Assembly (NCBI GenBank): GCA_976226885.1
Contig: OZ320316.1
Coordinates: 76,942,001 to 77,006,000 of the forward strand
From: Iphione sp. A-MEVVRFRX5
Lineage: Eukaryota
Length of the DNA stretch: 64,000 nt
Direction: 5' to 3'
Position 1 is the stretch's first letter; every line of letters begins with the position of its first letter. The notes beneath the pieces were generated by a model. That model searched no databases, was not told the DNA's origin, and saw only the letters and a list, made by a program, of their open reading frames with translations. Position numbers and translations under genes: made by a program. Positions 1-13,800 of the stretch are shown piece after piece.

Positions 1-913
1 TCCGAGGGGAGCGCCAGGTGCTTCCCGTTATCTACCTAGAATACATCTTACAGCAGGTCCTAGCAGCGTCACCGGTGGTGTGACGTCATAAAGATTTTGC
101 ATACAGCCATGATTAATAAGATGATGGCACCATGAACAAGTCGCCCACTTCGTCCCTGGTCTGGGACACTAACAGGCCTGGAGGGCTGGCGAACATAAGT
201 AAATTAAAAAATATATACTTCATCAGCTCTTTACATGTAAGAGAAATGTACAACAGTGGTTATGGTGAGAGAGTTTTGGCTCTGTTGGTATCGGCACCAT
301 ATACAAAAATATACAATGCACCTTCTTTTCTTCATTTTGGAGCGAAGCCCTCATCTGCAGAACCTATGGTCCTAGGTCCTATCTACAACAGGATACAGGA
401 ATACATACATTTGGGACAAACCCTGTCCTATTTCATGTTCAATCTCTGAACTGGACAACCGTCACATTCGACAGGAAGTATAACATAGTCCAAATCATTA
501 TGGTCAGTTTGATGTCATGTTATCGACTGAATTTACTGAGATTTAAGTAGCAGACGGTAGCGTCTAATTAGATTCACAATCAGTACTGTACACTGTTCTC
601 AATCAACAGCCATGCGTTTCAGTGATTTTCAGTCATACATAAGTGGTCAAAAACGCAATGCCATTTACAGTGTTTACATTAAAAAAATCTTTTTCACAGA
701 TTTGATCACTGGTGCTAGAGGAAAAGGCACATTTAATGTAAGTGTAATTATAAAAACAAAACAAATAGTATATGACCACCTCTGAAATACTGAAGGTCAC
801 TTCTTCATACTATCTTTGATCAAGCTCAACATTAGCATTCATTCGTCACATCCGGCTCAATCAGTCTTTCGATCCTTGCGTGCCGAGGTACGTCTCCCCT
901 CATCAGCCGTCGA

Positions 914-1212
914 TCACTTCCGGTCCTCAGACGTCTTCTTGCGGACCGAGGAACTCGGCTTGGGTATGCGCGACAGGCCTGACTTGCCCGGCGTGCCCAC
1001 CGGCACTGTGCGCACCTGCGTCTGGTGCGTCTGGTAGGTGACCGTGGTGTTCTGGCGGCCGCCGGCCGTGCGCGTCTCCGTCTTCACCGTGGTGAATATC
1101 TCCGGCTCGCCGCCCTCTGACACGTCCGAGCAGGCGCTGGGCGGCCGGCTGCTGCGGCTGCTCGCCCGACTGCTTGGACGGCTGCTCGTGCGGCTCGGCG
1201 TGCTCGCCCCGC
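914..1212 (-). CDS. MACF1: Terminal coding exon: GSR-like repeats and SxIP (SRIP at 962-973), stop TGA
   Basis: TTCTTCACCGCAG|GC, phase 1; [28 protein letters not shown]...SGLSRIPKP. Confidence 0.93.
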
Positions 1213-1779
1213 CTGCGGTGAAGAAAGAAACCAAGTTCGAGACATAATGATGAACCCATCGCATGCAGTGGGATGAGATTTGTATGGGCCACTACTATCG
1301 GACGTTTTTAACAGGTAGTGGAAAAAGCGTCAGTCCTGGGACATCAAAGACAATGGTGGTGTAGTGATAACATTTCATATTACACAAGCACCTTCGGCGC
1401 CTGCTTTCCTACACACCAACGCAACAAACTGGGCATGGGGATACACATCTCACTATAGGCCTATATCGTGATATTTCTGCCATTTTGCTAGCCGGAACTA
1501 TTTTCAGGTGACAATTTATTACACAACATATATAAAACGTTGCCCAAAAGTAGATCTGGCCATGGGGAAGGAGATCTCACACAGATGTGAGTTACCACAG
1601 GATGATATCGTTTTTTATCATGACATAGGCCTAAGTAGCGTGTGAAGTGTTGCAAAAGAAGACATATTTTATAATTTTATCTTAATTAATACCACTTAAA
1701 GTAGAACCAGAATCTTACATAGCACTATGTTCTCAGTGTATCCCTATGGTGATTTTTAAACAAACAAAATGACAGCTGT

Positions 1780-1832
<53 letters not shown>

Positions 1833-1835
1833 GAC

Positions 1836-1866
<31 letters not shown>

Positions 1867-4800
1867 CCTATTGAGACAGCAGCTAGCAACTATTTTGACA
1901 TTAGAGTGGAATGTAGGTGTGCCGAGGGCACTTGTATATATATGTAGTATAAAAAGCATAAGGCACAGCATCCTTGCTGGCACCAAGCTAATCCCCTTGC
2001 ATCTTTCCTGATGACACGTCTTTCGGCTGCCCAGTGATACGTATGGTATCTTTGTTTAGCTGATGTAATTAGTTTTCAACTCCGCCTGATGTAAATATCG
2101 TTCATGAAAGATGCCTTACCCGGACTATGTATTCCACATCGTACTGGTGTACGAGGTCGTGCTCCGCTCGTGGACGGACTCATGATGTTGCGGACTTCCA
2201 TATCAGGACTGATCCGAGAACGAGGTACTTGTTTCCAAGGACTTCCGTACTGCGTCTTTTCACGTATCTGGAAGAGTTACAACCCACGGCGTTAGAACAT
2301 CATTGTTGTCTGCAACATGGGAGCTTAGCCATTTGGGGACTCTGTATAAACGATCACTCATAAGATAAATCCAAAATATTTCCAAAGCATGATTAAACAT
2401 TTCAAACTAAAAGACCAGCATTGAACAGAACCACCATGCCACAAAACTTAAGAGACACGAGCCAAAGTCTTAATCTAAATTTCGGATAAAAACGCGTTTG
2501 AAAGCACTGGGGAATTTGGAGTGTCTGTGCGGCTTTCAATTCAAGGCCGCTCTCCTATCCGTTGAGCATATTTACAAACTCGACAAGCAATTCTGGATTT
2601 CATCTACAGTGATAAATAGCTAATATTTACACTACTGACGACATGCATTTCTTGTGGACGAAAAAGTCCTAGATAAATTACACATATAAAAGGGATAACA
2701 CGGATATAATATAGCAAACCCACGAAAAGCATGTATCAACAACCTTAACATAGTTTCAAGAATACGCATACAGGTTGTATAGAGACAAAGAGCCAAACTA
2801 ACGACCACTGTTCGTCAATAAAAGCAGGTGTCATCTACCACCACGAGTCCTTACCTTTGGAGCATCTATCTTCCGTGGTATGCGTGACTGGACAGAGAGA
2901 GCACGCAGATTATAAAATACGTTCGTCTGATTCTTTTTTCAATCCCTGTTATCAAATGAGGCTTAAGGTCGATTTACGGATGGGGCTAAGGGGCTGGTAA
3001 AAAGTCTTCTATGGCGATGGTCAGTATATTCAGACTGAATTAAAGGGAAGAGGAATGGTTTGTTTCATACATTTACCCACAATTTTGAGCCTTCACAACA
3101 CTGAGGTACTTTGTAATGAAAATATCCAAAATGGAATGATGAACTTTTTTGGCTGAAGAAAGAATAAGAGTACAGGGTGACAAAAGAATACTTCCGCCTT
3201 TACTAATTTTAAAATAACTGTATTAAAAGTGGATAGGTGATCCCAAAATATTCACACGTTTATAGATAGCAGGGATGTCTCTCAGGATATGAACACATTT
3301 ATCACACTGCAATCTAGGCATAGGTAGGTATGTAAGCGGTCTCTCACCTTTGTGATGGGTCCACTGGCTGAGCTGGCCGAGCGGCCGCTCCAGCCAGACA
3401 CTGTGCTACTTTGGCTGCCGGTGGAGGTGCTAGGGCTACCCTTGGATGGCGTCTTGTGTACGAAGGGCGCCATCGACTGACTCACCCCCTCTGCCAGGAT
3501 AAACTGCTCTCGCAGCTCAATGTTCGTTCGCCCTTTGGCTGTAAAGCAATGAAGGCTTCCAGTGAGTACCATTTAAAATTCAATGGAAAAACTTCTTGGT
3601 TAGTAATTTTACAGGCCGTAGAAGCGTTAACTACCATCAAACACATGACCTACTCAGTGACTGCTATCTATGTTGAAGGATGCAAGTAAGGTGACAAACA
3701 GCTAGTTTGCATCTAAATCATATATTGGTGAATTCCTATGATTAATTCATCTGGACCTAAACATGCCCAAAAGACAATTCAAAACTTTGTTTATGACAAT
3801 GCATATATATACACGTGTAAAATGAAAAACAAAACAAAAATTAAGATTTGCCAGTAACTATTGTTTCCGCGCTTAAAAAGTCTTTTTAATCAACTCCTAA
3901 AGAACATGTTTATGATACGCATACCCTCGCACCTATGTTTCACCCAAATACCCGAAGAGGGAAGATCATTTTAAGCAGGATACTTAACATTTCATTTCTG
4001 AATAGCTTTCACCACATAAATAGTCTTAAGCAAGGAGAAGTCTTTGTAACAAAATATCATTTTCTATTAACAACAGACTGCAAAAAAGTCAAATAAGAGA
4101 CACATGTAATAGTAAATGAAAAGGAAACATAATATGACAACAAAATTACACTGAATCAACATAATAACATATAGAGCATCAAACTAAACAACTACAAGAG
4201 GCTGACTACGACAAAGGATCCATGCAAGAACACAATCTACCAAAGAATTATGTTGCGGTACTGTTCGTGATGTTTTGTGACACTAGGATTTCTGTAGGCT
4301 TAAAAAACTGACAGACAAAATGTCTCTCAGGATCCTTGTCTCCTGCCTAAATGGCAGACTGCAGAACGGTCACACGGCGAGATCTGGGAACGGAGGTGGT
4401 TCGGAGGCGGGGGGGGGAGGTTGTAGTGAAATCAGTACATGATGCACATATTTAAATCATTCAACGAACACGTAGGTAGGTAAGTGATGTTAGTTTTTTT
4501 TCCTTTCGTCACAGGGGAAACCAGCTATGATTTTGCATTCTAAGAATGAAGCTGTAGAAAAACCTACATCGGTGATGTGGGTAGTACCGCCTTTTGAAAA
4601 CAAAACGCTTCCGGCGCCACAGACCAACTTTCAGGAAGCGGACGGGCACCAGGAAGAGAAATAAAAGGAGGTAAATAAATAAATATGTTTGGTGTAGAGG
4701 TATGCCCAAAGATACCAGTTTTAGATGGTTCAGTACATCGCAATGGAGAGGGATTAGAATCGAGGAACCTTCCAAAAGCAGACGCTTGGGAAGGGGGATC

Positions 4801-7800
4801 GGTTTTCTTTGGAGGGGGGAGGGGTTGACATAGGATTTCCGCTATTCCCTCCGTAAGTTGTACTTACTGGTAAGGAGGAAATGCCTGTGTTCTGCTTCAA
4901 GAAATTCAAAAAGATCTATTTCTCAATAGACAACAGTTCTATCACGTCTACAATGACGTGCTGGATGACATGGCAGCTATACCTAAATTAACCATATGAA
5001 ATAAACACGAGTGTAAAACAAAGAATGATGTTTGGTACTCTTCCATTACTAAGGCTGCTTTAGTTGTAGACCTCGACCTTTAACCTGCCCGACCTTGAAT
5101 TCTCTTTTGTTTTTTTTCGGCGGTAAGAATTCCTTAATCTGCCGCAAAATCTAATGTGTTCACTCAGGAATTCTCTTTTTTGATGACTCATGCACAGCAA
5201 GGCACAACTTAAATAACGAAACATGCCGATGAACATAGGAATAAGGAAAATCTTTAAAAAAAATAAAAAAAATGTCAATTTCTCCATGGTGCTTAGGGTT
5301 CTTAAGGTGATCATCTGCAGCCACTGCAGGCGTTCATTCGAATCAGTGCTCTAAACATCCCAGCATAGGTAAAAAGGTCGTTAAGGCCAATGTTATCGTC
5401 TGAATCCAGGGCACAAGAAGCCGCTGGCAGTTTTGGGGAGGGAGATCAGCAGACCGGAAATGGAACAGCACGCGCGTGCAGATGGCTGGTCCTGGGACCA
5501 GACTCTCACCGGCTGCGGCAATTTGCGACGCGGAGTATTTGGACAACCTAGGTGCATGAACTGAGCATGGTGTTACATAGAAGGACGAGGCTCCGAGCTC
5601 GTTACCATAGTAGAACGACTTGCCCACGCCCTCTGCGTCAGCCGTCCCAGGGAGAGCACGTGGATAAGAGGGGGAAAAGGCAGGGAAGAATACATTTTTA
5701 CATGCTGCATATGGGTACGTCAACGCCAGAGGCCTGATAAAGTATAAGCTGTTGGGATTTATGTAGCATTTCAATTGGACCACGAGTACATCGAAGGTTG
5801 ATATTTTGGTTAACAGAATACCACAGAAGAATACTTCAAGAAGAGTATGTTAAATGAGACTGCAAAACTCATCATCTTAATATACTCTTTGTTGCAATGA
5901 AACATTGTAAAAGCTGATGTACATGTACCAACTATGTTAGCGCCATGGCATAAGCCACAGGGATCAAACATGAACAAGGCCCACTTTGAAAGGTAAGTTT
6001 CTTAAATTATATACACTGTACTTAACATCAAACCCATAAAACCGCTCTTAGTATCTGACACCTAAAAACATCTCGGAAGATATTCGCCATTTACAGCAAA
6101 AGGAAGATACATCTGTAAGGCAAGGTTAATAGTTAAGGTCATATGCCACAATAAATCAACAAACAGGGGTGCATTGCCTACCAATGAAAAAACTAAACAT
6201 TCCGGATGGAATCTGTTAAAAATATTACTTGGATACGATCAATTGTAGCCAATGACCATGGAAACGTGTTCTCATCTTGTAATATCAGATGGTCACATTA
6301 TGGCATCTTCCATTTATGGAATTCTGATAACATATACATGTATCTGATTTGATTTAGAGTATGGAATACAGAGTTTAAAGCATGTATTAGAATGCTTGAC
6401 ACTTTAATGCTCAGGGGCAGAGGGTCTCATATAGATTCACCAAGGGTCATGCAGTTGATCCCATCAAACCCATGCATTCATAATTTCTGAGCCAATGCAT
6501 ATGGTCACGTCGGCTATACATCGATTGAGGGAGTTCTGCATTCCTCTTAGCATTTCCGCCACCGCATCGCTTCCTTTTATGTATAAGTGAAGGAATGATG
6601 GATATCACTTAGGCAGAAGATGAAAAAGGTTATGGCTTACAAAATGCTATTTCCAGACGCTGTAACACTGATCAAACATACCACAAAGCCAAGAATATAT
6701 ATAAACAGTTGTTCTCAACATTCTTACTGATTTGTCCAATTAGTTATTAATGTATTTCAAAGTTGGTTCAAAAAGGGCCCGGAATCACACAAAACATCAG
6801 TTGACAGTGCACCCTTATGTGTTGCTAACTGCGACTTGGAATTACGATTATTGGATGTATTTTTACTTGGAAATTTAAACCAATATATGCATAGACTCAC
6901 CTCTACACGGATCGTTCTTGACGAGGAATTCGTCGAGGGCCACCCAACCTCCTCCTACTCGCACCATAACAGTACTTCTCAAGATGCGTACCAATCGTAG
7001 CTTCTGGGACTCGCCGAACTACACAGGAAAGGGATGCAATTTGAGATATTAAAAGTACACGTAGCTGTAATTTTCAGCCTTCGTCTGGATATGAAAGGCA
7101 GTAGGAATAAATATCTTATATATTGTAGTTAGGTATAGCTCTGTCTACCAATTAGGTCCACTAGCTCCCTATAGGTGACATAAGAGTGCTCCCTTCCTGT
7201 TTGGTTTCCTGTATTTTCTCTCATTTACTTCATGTTTTAAAGCTGGCTTTAGCACTAGCTGCTCCCTTTGCCTTATGCGTTTACTGGTAAGGGGCAGAAA
7301 CATACAGTGCAGTGGGAATATTAAAAGTAAAACATTTAATTAGAAGACATACTATCATAGACATTAGTATGGATACTTAAGCAATGTCAGTTTGGATAGA
7401 TAACCTAAAGATTACATTTCTCATTCATATTTATATACCTTCTGAGCCACGGATCTGTCTGCTCATCGTCAACAGTTAGTACTTACTCGGTATTTTCCTT
7501 CTCCTATCTTGTGAATGCGGAATTGTTTAACGCAAGTGCACTTTGCGCATGCTCTCTTGACCTCGTCGTGGATCTTAGCAGCATCGTCCATAGGTTTTGC
7601 CTTCTGTATGTTAGAAATATAATTATGCGTTAAAACACTTATGCTTCACTAAGTTTAAGCTAAAAAGAATTCAACTTAGTTATATTACTTAAGTACATGA
7701 ACATGCAGTACGAAAAATATTAACATTCAAGCCAACCGATAGCATCATCGGGGAATTATGTTAGGATCAATAGCCTTGAATAAAAGATCGCACTTGAGTT

Positions 7801-10800
7801 CTTCTTATACTTCACATTTCTGTAAATGTGTCGGCACCATTTTCAAAGAACTTATTACATTGCTGTATACAATAAGTTCTTTTTCTGTTTCCTACCTGAC
7901 CATCAGGCTTAAGGGCATTCACGAATTCTTTGTAATCAATGAACCCATCACCATCACTGTCAAAGATGTCTGCTACAGCCTCCATCTCCATCCGGGATGT
8001 CGGGAACTCTATAGAGCAAACAAAGCATACTCTGAAGTCTGAGTGTAAGAGAGGCGTTATTTAGATATCATACTCTACTCCGTTCTCTGTATTCCAGCCA
8101 AGAGATGCACTGAAATAAGTTAAGGTTGCAAGAAAATCTACAGATACAGGAGACTTTTTTCTAATTGGAGATTTCTACAAGGAAGCTCGATATTTGAAAG
8201 AATTTAAAACTGTTAATTCAATTGGGTAGGTATGTAGAAATATAAAGTTTCTTACAAGATGAAGACAGGAAAAAACATTTCGTTGCATAGTGGTCAGCTG
8301 TGCCGAGCTGGACTTAGTGGCACATTTAGTACTAGTAGTGTGCAAAGTATTTACAATGCACTCGAAACTAACAGCATTTTAGAAACTTTAAAGAATTTAA
8401 TAGTAAGAGATTACGACAGAACAGAAATAAAATACATGTATTAGAGTTCCATGATCCATGCATTTAGAACAGGAATGAAAAATAAGTAGTATTATGGTAG
8501 TTACTAAAACTAGGAACAATAGATGCAAAAAATAAAACTCGATGTACACCTTGTTATAAGCAACCCTCGAGTTCATTCTTTACACATCAACAAATACATT
8601 CACTAAATATGGAGGACGTACTATGATAATAATATCTAAGGGATGACGTGCATGTTGGGAGAGAAACCTAATCTGTCTACAAACGCATTCTCTCCACATG
8701 GACAAGGGAAACATACTCACAATAAAACTAACGAAATGTCTACCATTTTAATAATCAGCTAATTGTACAAATACATGGTACTCGCCGGTGCTAAGCATAT
8801 CGTGAGTACTAACGGACTTGTATAAATAAAACAGACAACTAACCAACTGCCAATGTACACCATAACACAATAATGACGTGACTTAACTATGGCAGCGCTT
8901 ACACTGGCAGTGAGAAAACTGACGTGGCTGAGTCATGCCAATTAAGTATCTTGATGTACATTGGTGGCAAGTTAGTTAATGCCACTCTATAAAAGGACAT
9001 AAAAAGCAGTGACAAACGACACTGACACAAATAACATAGATAACAAGACCTAGACTGAAAGACTGTGTTTGCGTCTTACCCCGGTCTCGTGCACGTCCCC
9101 AACGGCCAAGGGAACCGGTAAGTTCAATTTCAAACGTTAGTATGGGTTACCGAAATGACGTGTTGTCCTGTACACTACTAGAGGATACATACACTCCTGC
9201 AGCATATTGGTACCTAAGTAACTTAGCATCCCGTACCTAATGCCTTAGGTTGCATTAGCCTGGTATGTATAAAGTAACACTGCAAAATGGACTTAAAAAA
9301 AGTGTCTGAACACTAAGGAAGGGCTGCAGTTCTGGGCGATCGCAGAACCACACAGAAATGTCGAAAAGGCCAACTGAAGGCGGTGAGAAACAAGCAGTTT
9401 AGGTTAAAGACCACTGACGCCTGTTTCTAAAAGGGTTATGAATTGGAACAGGTATATCCAGTAAGTGCTTCATTCTTAAATCCTCTCTCAGGGCGGTCAC
9501 AAACTTACCATGTGACTTCCCCATGGTTTCAGCTGAAATCATTTTGATAAAGGTATACAATTCCAACATTAGCCAAACAATCGAGAGATAATTAGAAAGC
9601 TCACTGCCGAGCTTGGCTGTTCGTTAAGTTTGGGGCGCTGAGATACATTTAAGTTTTGTAAGCCACATCTCGAAACCAGCATGTAAGGAGAAACATGTAA
9701 TAGAGCAAACGCCTGCCATGGTAAATGTCGACATTCATATGGAAATTATCTAAGAGTTTGAAAAAGAATTGCAGTATGTAGAAATAAACTCTCCGTCGGT
9801 TTATACCGCGGATCGACCCGTTGATCTACCTGGTGGTTAAATGGCAAAGGTCTCAACTTACTGGAAGCAATGATGCCGTCTATGAACTCCTGCCGCGTCA
9901 CCTTGCCGTCGTGATCCTTGTCTTGACGGCGGAAGAAGTCCATGACACGTGACTTGTTATGGTTCATCCAGCGCATGTAGCGCCGCCGCCAATCATCGAA
10001 GTCAAAGTTCTTCATCTTCTCCGACTGCGACAAAAAAAGACGACGTTAACGGACATGGTGAAGATCTCTTTCTTCTTGAGTTATGATAGCCATATGGGTG
10101 AAAAATACAGACTGCTTCAACTTTTGTTTGGGGAATGTCCATGAAACTATCAACTATACGGGAAACTTTGATTCCACACAACGGTATACGAGTCCCAAGC
10201 TTGGTTTTTCTAAATGGTAAAATCAATCATGTACCTCATTAAGCCTGTCCAGCATGTCCTGCAGGCGGCGCTGGCGGTCCATTGATTGGAGCCACACCTG
10301 CCGCCATTTGTTGAACAGCGCCCCGACGCGAGGGTTCTTAAACTCAGCGTCAGGTGTCTTGGTATCTTCCCGTTTCCTGCGCACACAAAGTAAATTCCTT
10401 TTGCTCGGGGATTCAGGTAAACAACCACCGAGTGACAGTATTATCTCCCTTGTAGTAATTACATGTACCTTATTCCTCTCGTAGGTCGATTTTCAAAGTT
10501 CTTAGTAAAAAGAATAAACACATTGGAAAAAAAGAGAAGGTTCCCTTGTGACTTTACGCTACCTGCATTTGTCCGATTCGAATGACGAACAAGAGGAACC
10601 ACATAGGAAAGCGTATAAACTGCTCAGTTTCTGCTCCTCAACATTCCATCCGTTGTTACTGAACAGGTTCTGTTTGACATGACAATAGCAATAGGTTGAC
10701 AAAAACATCTGAATGTAACTTACGACGGCCTGCGGCTGCTGGGCCTCCTACCCTGACGTGCGAGTGGTATACCGGTCTCGGCAGGTGGACGAGTCTTATT

Positions 10801-13800
10801 TGTCTTGGTGAGCCGCTCAACGTCAGGCTGGCGGGCTGTGATGTCTGTCTGGAATGTCTGTAAAGAAAGCATTCCTCTGATTATTTTAAAGGAAATATCA
10901 ATTCTAAACGTGATTTTATTGATACATAATTAGTGGGTTACATGAATTTACAGTGAATGGTGACCTTGACTTTGTACCAGGATAAGGACACAGGTGTCTC
11001 ACTGAGATACAGCCTAGTGGCACCATCACAGTCAGCCATCTTGGTTGTATCTCAGGTAGACACCTTGTGTCCTGTCCTGGTACTAAAGTTATTATAGGCG
11101 AGATGTTAGTTGACGAGCAGACATCGAACAGCAGAACTGGACTGCGCACCTGGTGATCGTGCAGGAGCTGCTCGATGATAGGTACGTTCTCTGGGATGGG
11201 CTGTTGCTCCTGCGCAATGAGGGTGGCCTCGGCACTCATGAGCCATGACATGAGCTGGTCAAGGAGCGATTCGTTGGCCTTGAGTTCTGAAAGTCCGTCC
11301 TCGAGTTTCTGCTCTCGTTGCCGAGCCCATGCTGTTACCTGAAAGAGTGGCCGTAAACAATGGCTGTAGACTTACACAGCTGCGTTCAACTAGAACTTGG
11401 TAGAGGTATTTTTCAGAATAGTCTTCTTTCAATTTTCACTGAGGTGAAAACCATAACAGACAAGTATTGGTAACACTTGTATGTAGGAACGTCTCGATTT
11501 GGGTGCGTATCGATATTTCGAGACATAACTGCAAGCAAGTACAAAGAAACAAATTTCGTGAACAACTCACCTCTTCCCAGCGGGCTTTCAGGATGGTTAG
11601 CCAGTGTTTGACAGTGGTGACAGCGTCTGGGTGACATTTGTTAAGAATGTCCTGGCCATTTGTGAGACACTCTTGTAGTGCAGCTTCTTGACCATCCAGA
11701 TCCCCAAGGAATGCCTTTATCACAAATGAAAAATATTTTAATCTTTCTCAGAACATACCCTGGCCATTTAGATACTTAATCACCCATATACAAATTTCCC
11801 GCACCCATGGCAAAAAAGGAAGAACAAAATATAAAGGAAAGTTCAACAGTATACCTAATAAATGGGCAGTACTATGGGAAGACGATTTCAGGTTTACGAT
11901 ACACTACCCCTAAAGTATCTTATATCCAGGACTTCCAGCTATTCAGGAAACACTTGGGTAATGCAACACAGAAGTTGAACAAATCAACATAACAATGTAC
12001 CACAGCTTAGGAACAGCTAACTATGAAATTCACATTACCTTTACTGTGGGTGTCAGCTAAGATTAGATTGTAGGCGAAAAGATTTATTTTCGTCTAAAAT
12101 AATTTGCAGACGAATCTGAACTGTAGATTATTACTTCTGTGGAAACGAGTCGTCGCTCAAGCTAGCGCTCACAGAACTACTTCAATGACAAAACAGTCGG
12201 AAGTGACTGGTACATAAGGACTGACAAATTGAAATTACGACAACCTGCACAGCATTGTAACTTTGCCGTTTTTATGTATGGTTCGCGTAGGATTCCATTT
12301 GCTTTACCTTGTGCTCCTCTAGGGCTTTGATCAGGCCCTCCTGGTCGTCGGGCAAGGCGCCCTGGTAGCGCAGGTGTCGCTCCGCCTGTGCCAGCCAATC
12401 AAGCAGCGAGTGTGTCCGCTGGTGGAAGAGTTCAGCGTCCTTGAGCGCCTCGTCGAGCCGCTCCTGCTTGCGCACGGACAGCTTGCACACCTTGTCCCAC
12501 TTGGTCGTCAGGTCGATGAGCTGACCGTCGAGGTGTGAGTGGTCCTCGTCCGTCTTGTCCATCATGTCACGTGCCGCCTTGCGCACGGTGACGATGTTGG
12601 CCTGGCGCCGGCCCAGTTCCTGCTGGAAGGCGCGGTGCTCCTCGGTCAGCCCGCTCACAGTGTCCAGGTCACCGTGAACTGGCTGGTCATCGGCCAACAA
12701 GGGTTCCACTTTGTACAGCCAGTCCAGCAGTGCCTGCAGTGCCTCTTTGAACTGGCCGGAGAAGAGCAGAGACTCCTCCAGCTTGCGCTGTCTATAAAAG
12801 GGCGAGAAGTGGGGCAGTATTTTTTAAAGAACAGCTGATGTTATGGATACAAAGATGGAAATTCTGCTGCAAAACATATGTACACATGTACACGTCGTGA
12901 TCTTTGGTAACCATAAATTCAAACCGACTTATATAAATGTCATGATCTTCGTTAGTCACAAAAACCTAAAAGTATAAGCTAATCCAGCTGCTGATGTTAT
13001 ACATTAGTGCATTAGACAGATGGAGTGTGTAGTAAAGTACGAGTTACAACCAATCGAAAAGAGACTCCATGTATCGCTCACCTGTCGACAGACTTGGCAC
13101 AGATGTTGTTCCAGCGCAGCTTGAGCTCGTTGAGCATCTCCTGCAGGACGGGCACGTCCGGCTTGGGACACCGGTCCTTCAGACGTCGGCCCATGCGGTT
13201 GGCGTTGTCAAACGCTGGCTGCTTGGCGCCCAGTGTGCGCTGGAACTCCTTGTGGCGGGCGATCTGCGCCTTGATCCGCTCGGAGTCGTTCGAGATGGAC
13301 GTGTCAGCGTCCAGGTTGTTTTCATTCTCGGTGAGCCAGTCGAGCAACTCACGCCACGCGTCGTGGAACTGTGGAAGCAGGGAAACACAGGCATGGATTA
13401 TAACCCAGTGTGCTTGCATGCTTAATGCAGTTTATGAGATTATCAGGATAGAGGATTATCCTGACATCAAGGAAAAAAAACTTCTGATCTGTAAAAAAGA
13501 AACAAGGGGGCTTTCCCCTGACAATTGCAGAAGCATTTACCTTATTGAGATAAGAAAACGAGACACATGTACATTAAAGTATGTAAGAAAGAACAAAACT
13601 GGTCGTCTGGTACCTTCAGCCTGAAAAGTGGGAATATTAAAAGCTCACCTGCTTTGCCTCCTTGTAGCCATGGTCTAGCTGGCGGGTTCTTTCGGCCGAA
13701 CGCGACACTACCTTCTCCCAGCGGTGCTGCACTGAGCTGAGCAGGTTCTTGATGAGGATCACGTCCTGCTTCTGGCTGAAGTACTTGAGGTGAGTGCCGG

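Noticed and set aside
732-737. ATTAAA on the minus strand 180 nt after the stop
   Set aside because: Common hexamer in AT-rich sequence; the 3' UTR may extend beyond the window
1769-2011. ORFs with RE/RD or SL repeats
   Set aside because: Translations of the (GA)n microsatellite
9080-9085. Possible 6-nt microexon ACCGGG before a GTAAGA donor
   Set aside because: Weak GAG acceptor and poor pyrimidine tract; indistinguishable from chance
10563-10619. 57-nt in-frame phase-2 segment ending CAG|GTAGCG
   Set aside because: Purine-rich upstream acceptor; the content itself looks like intronic pyrimidine sequence
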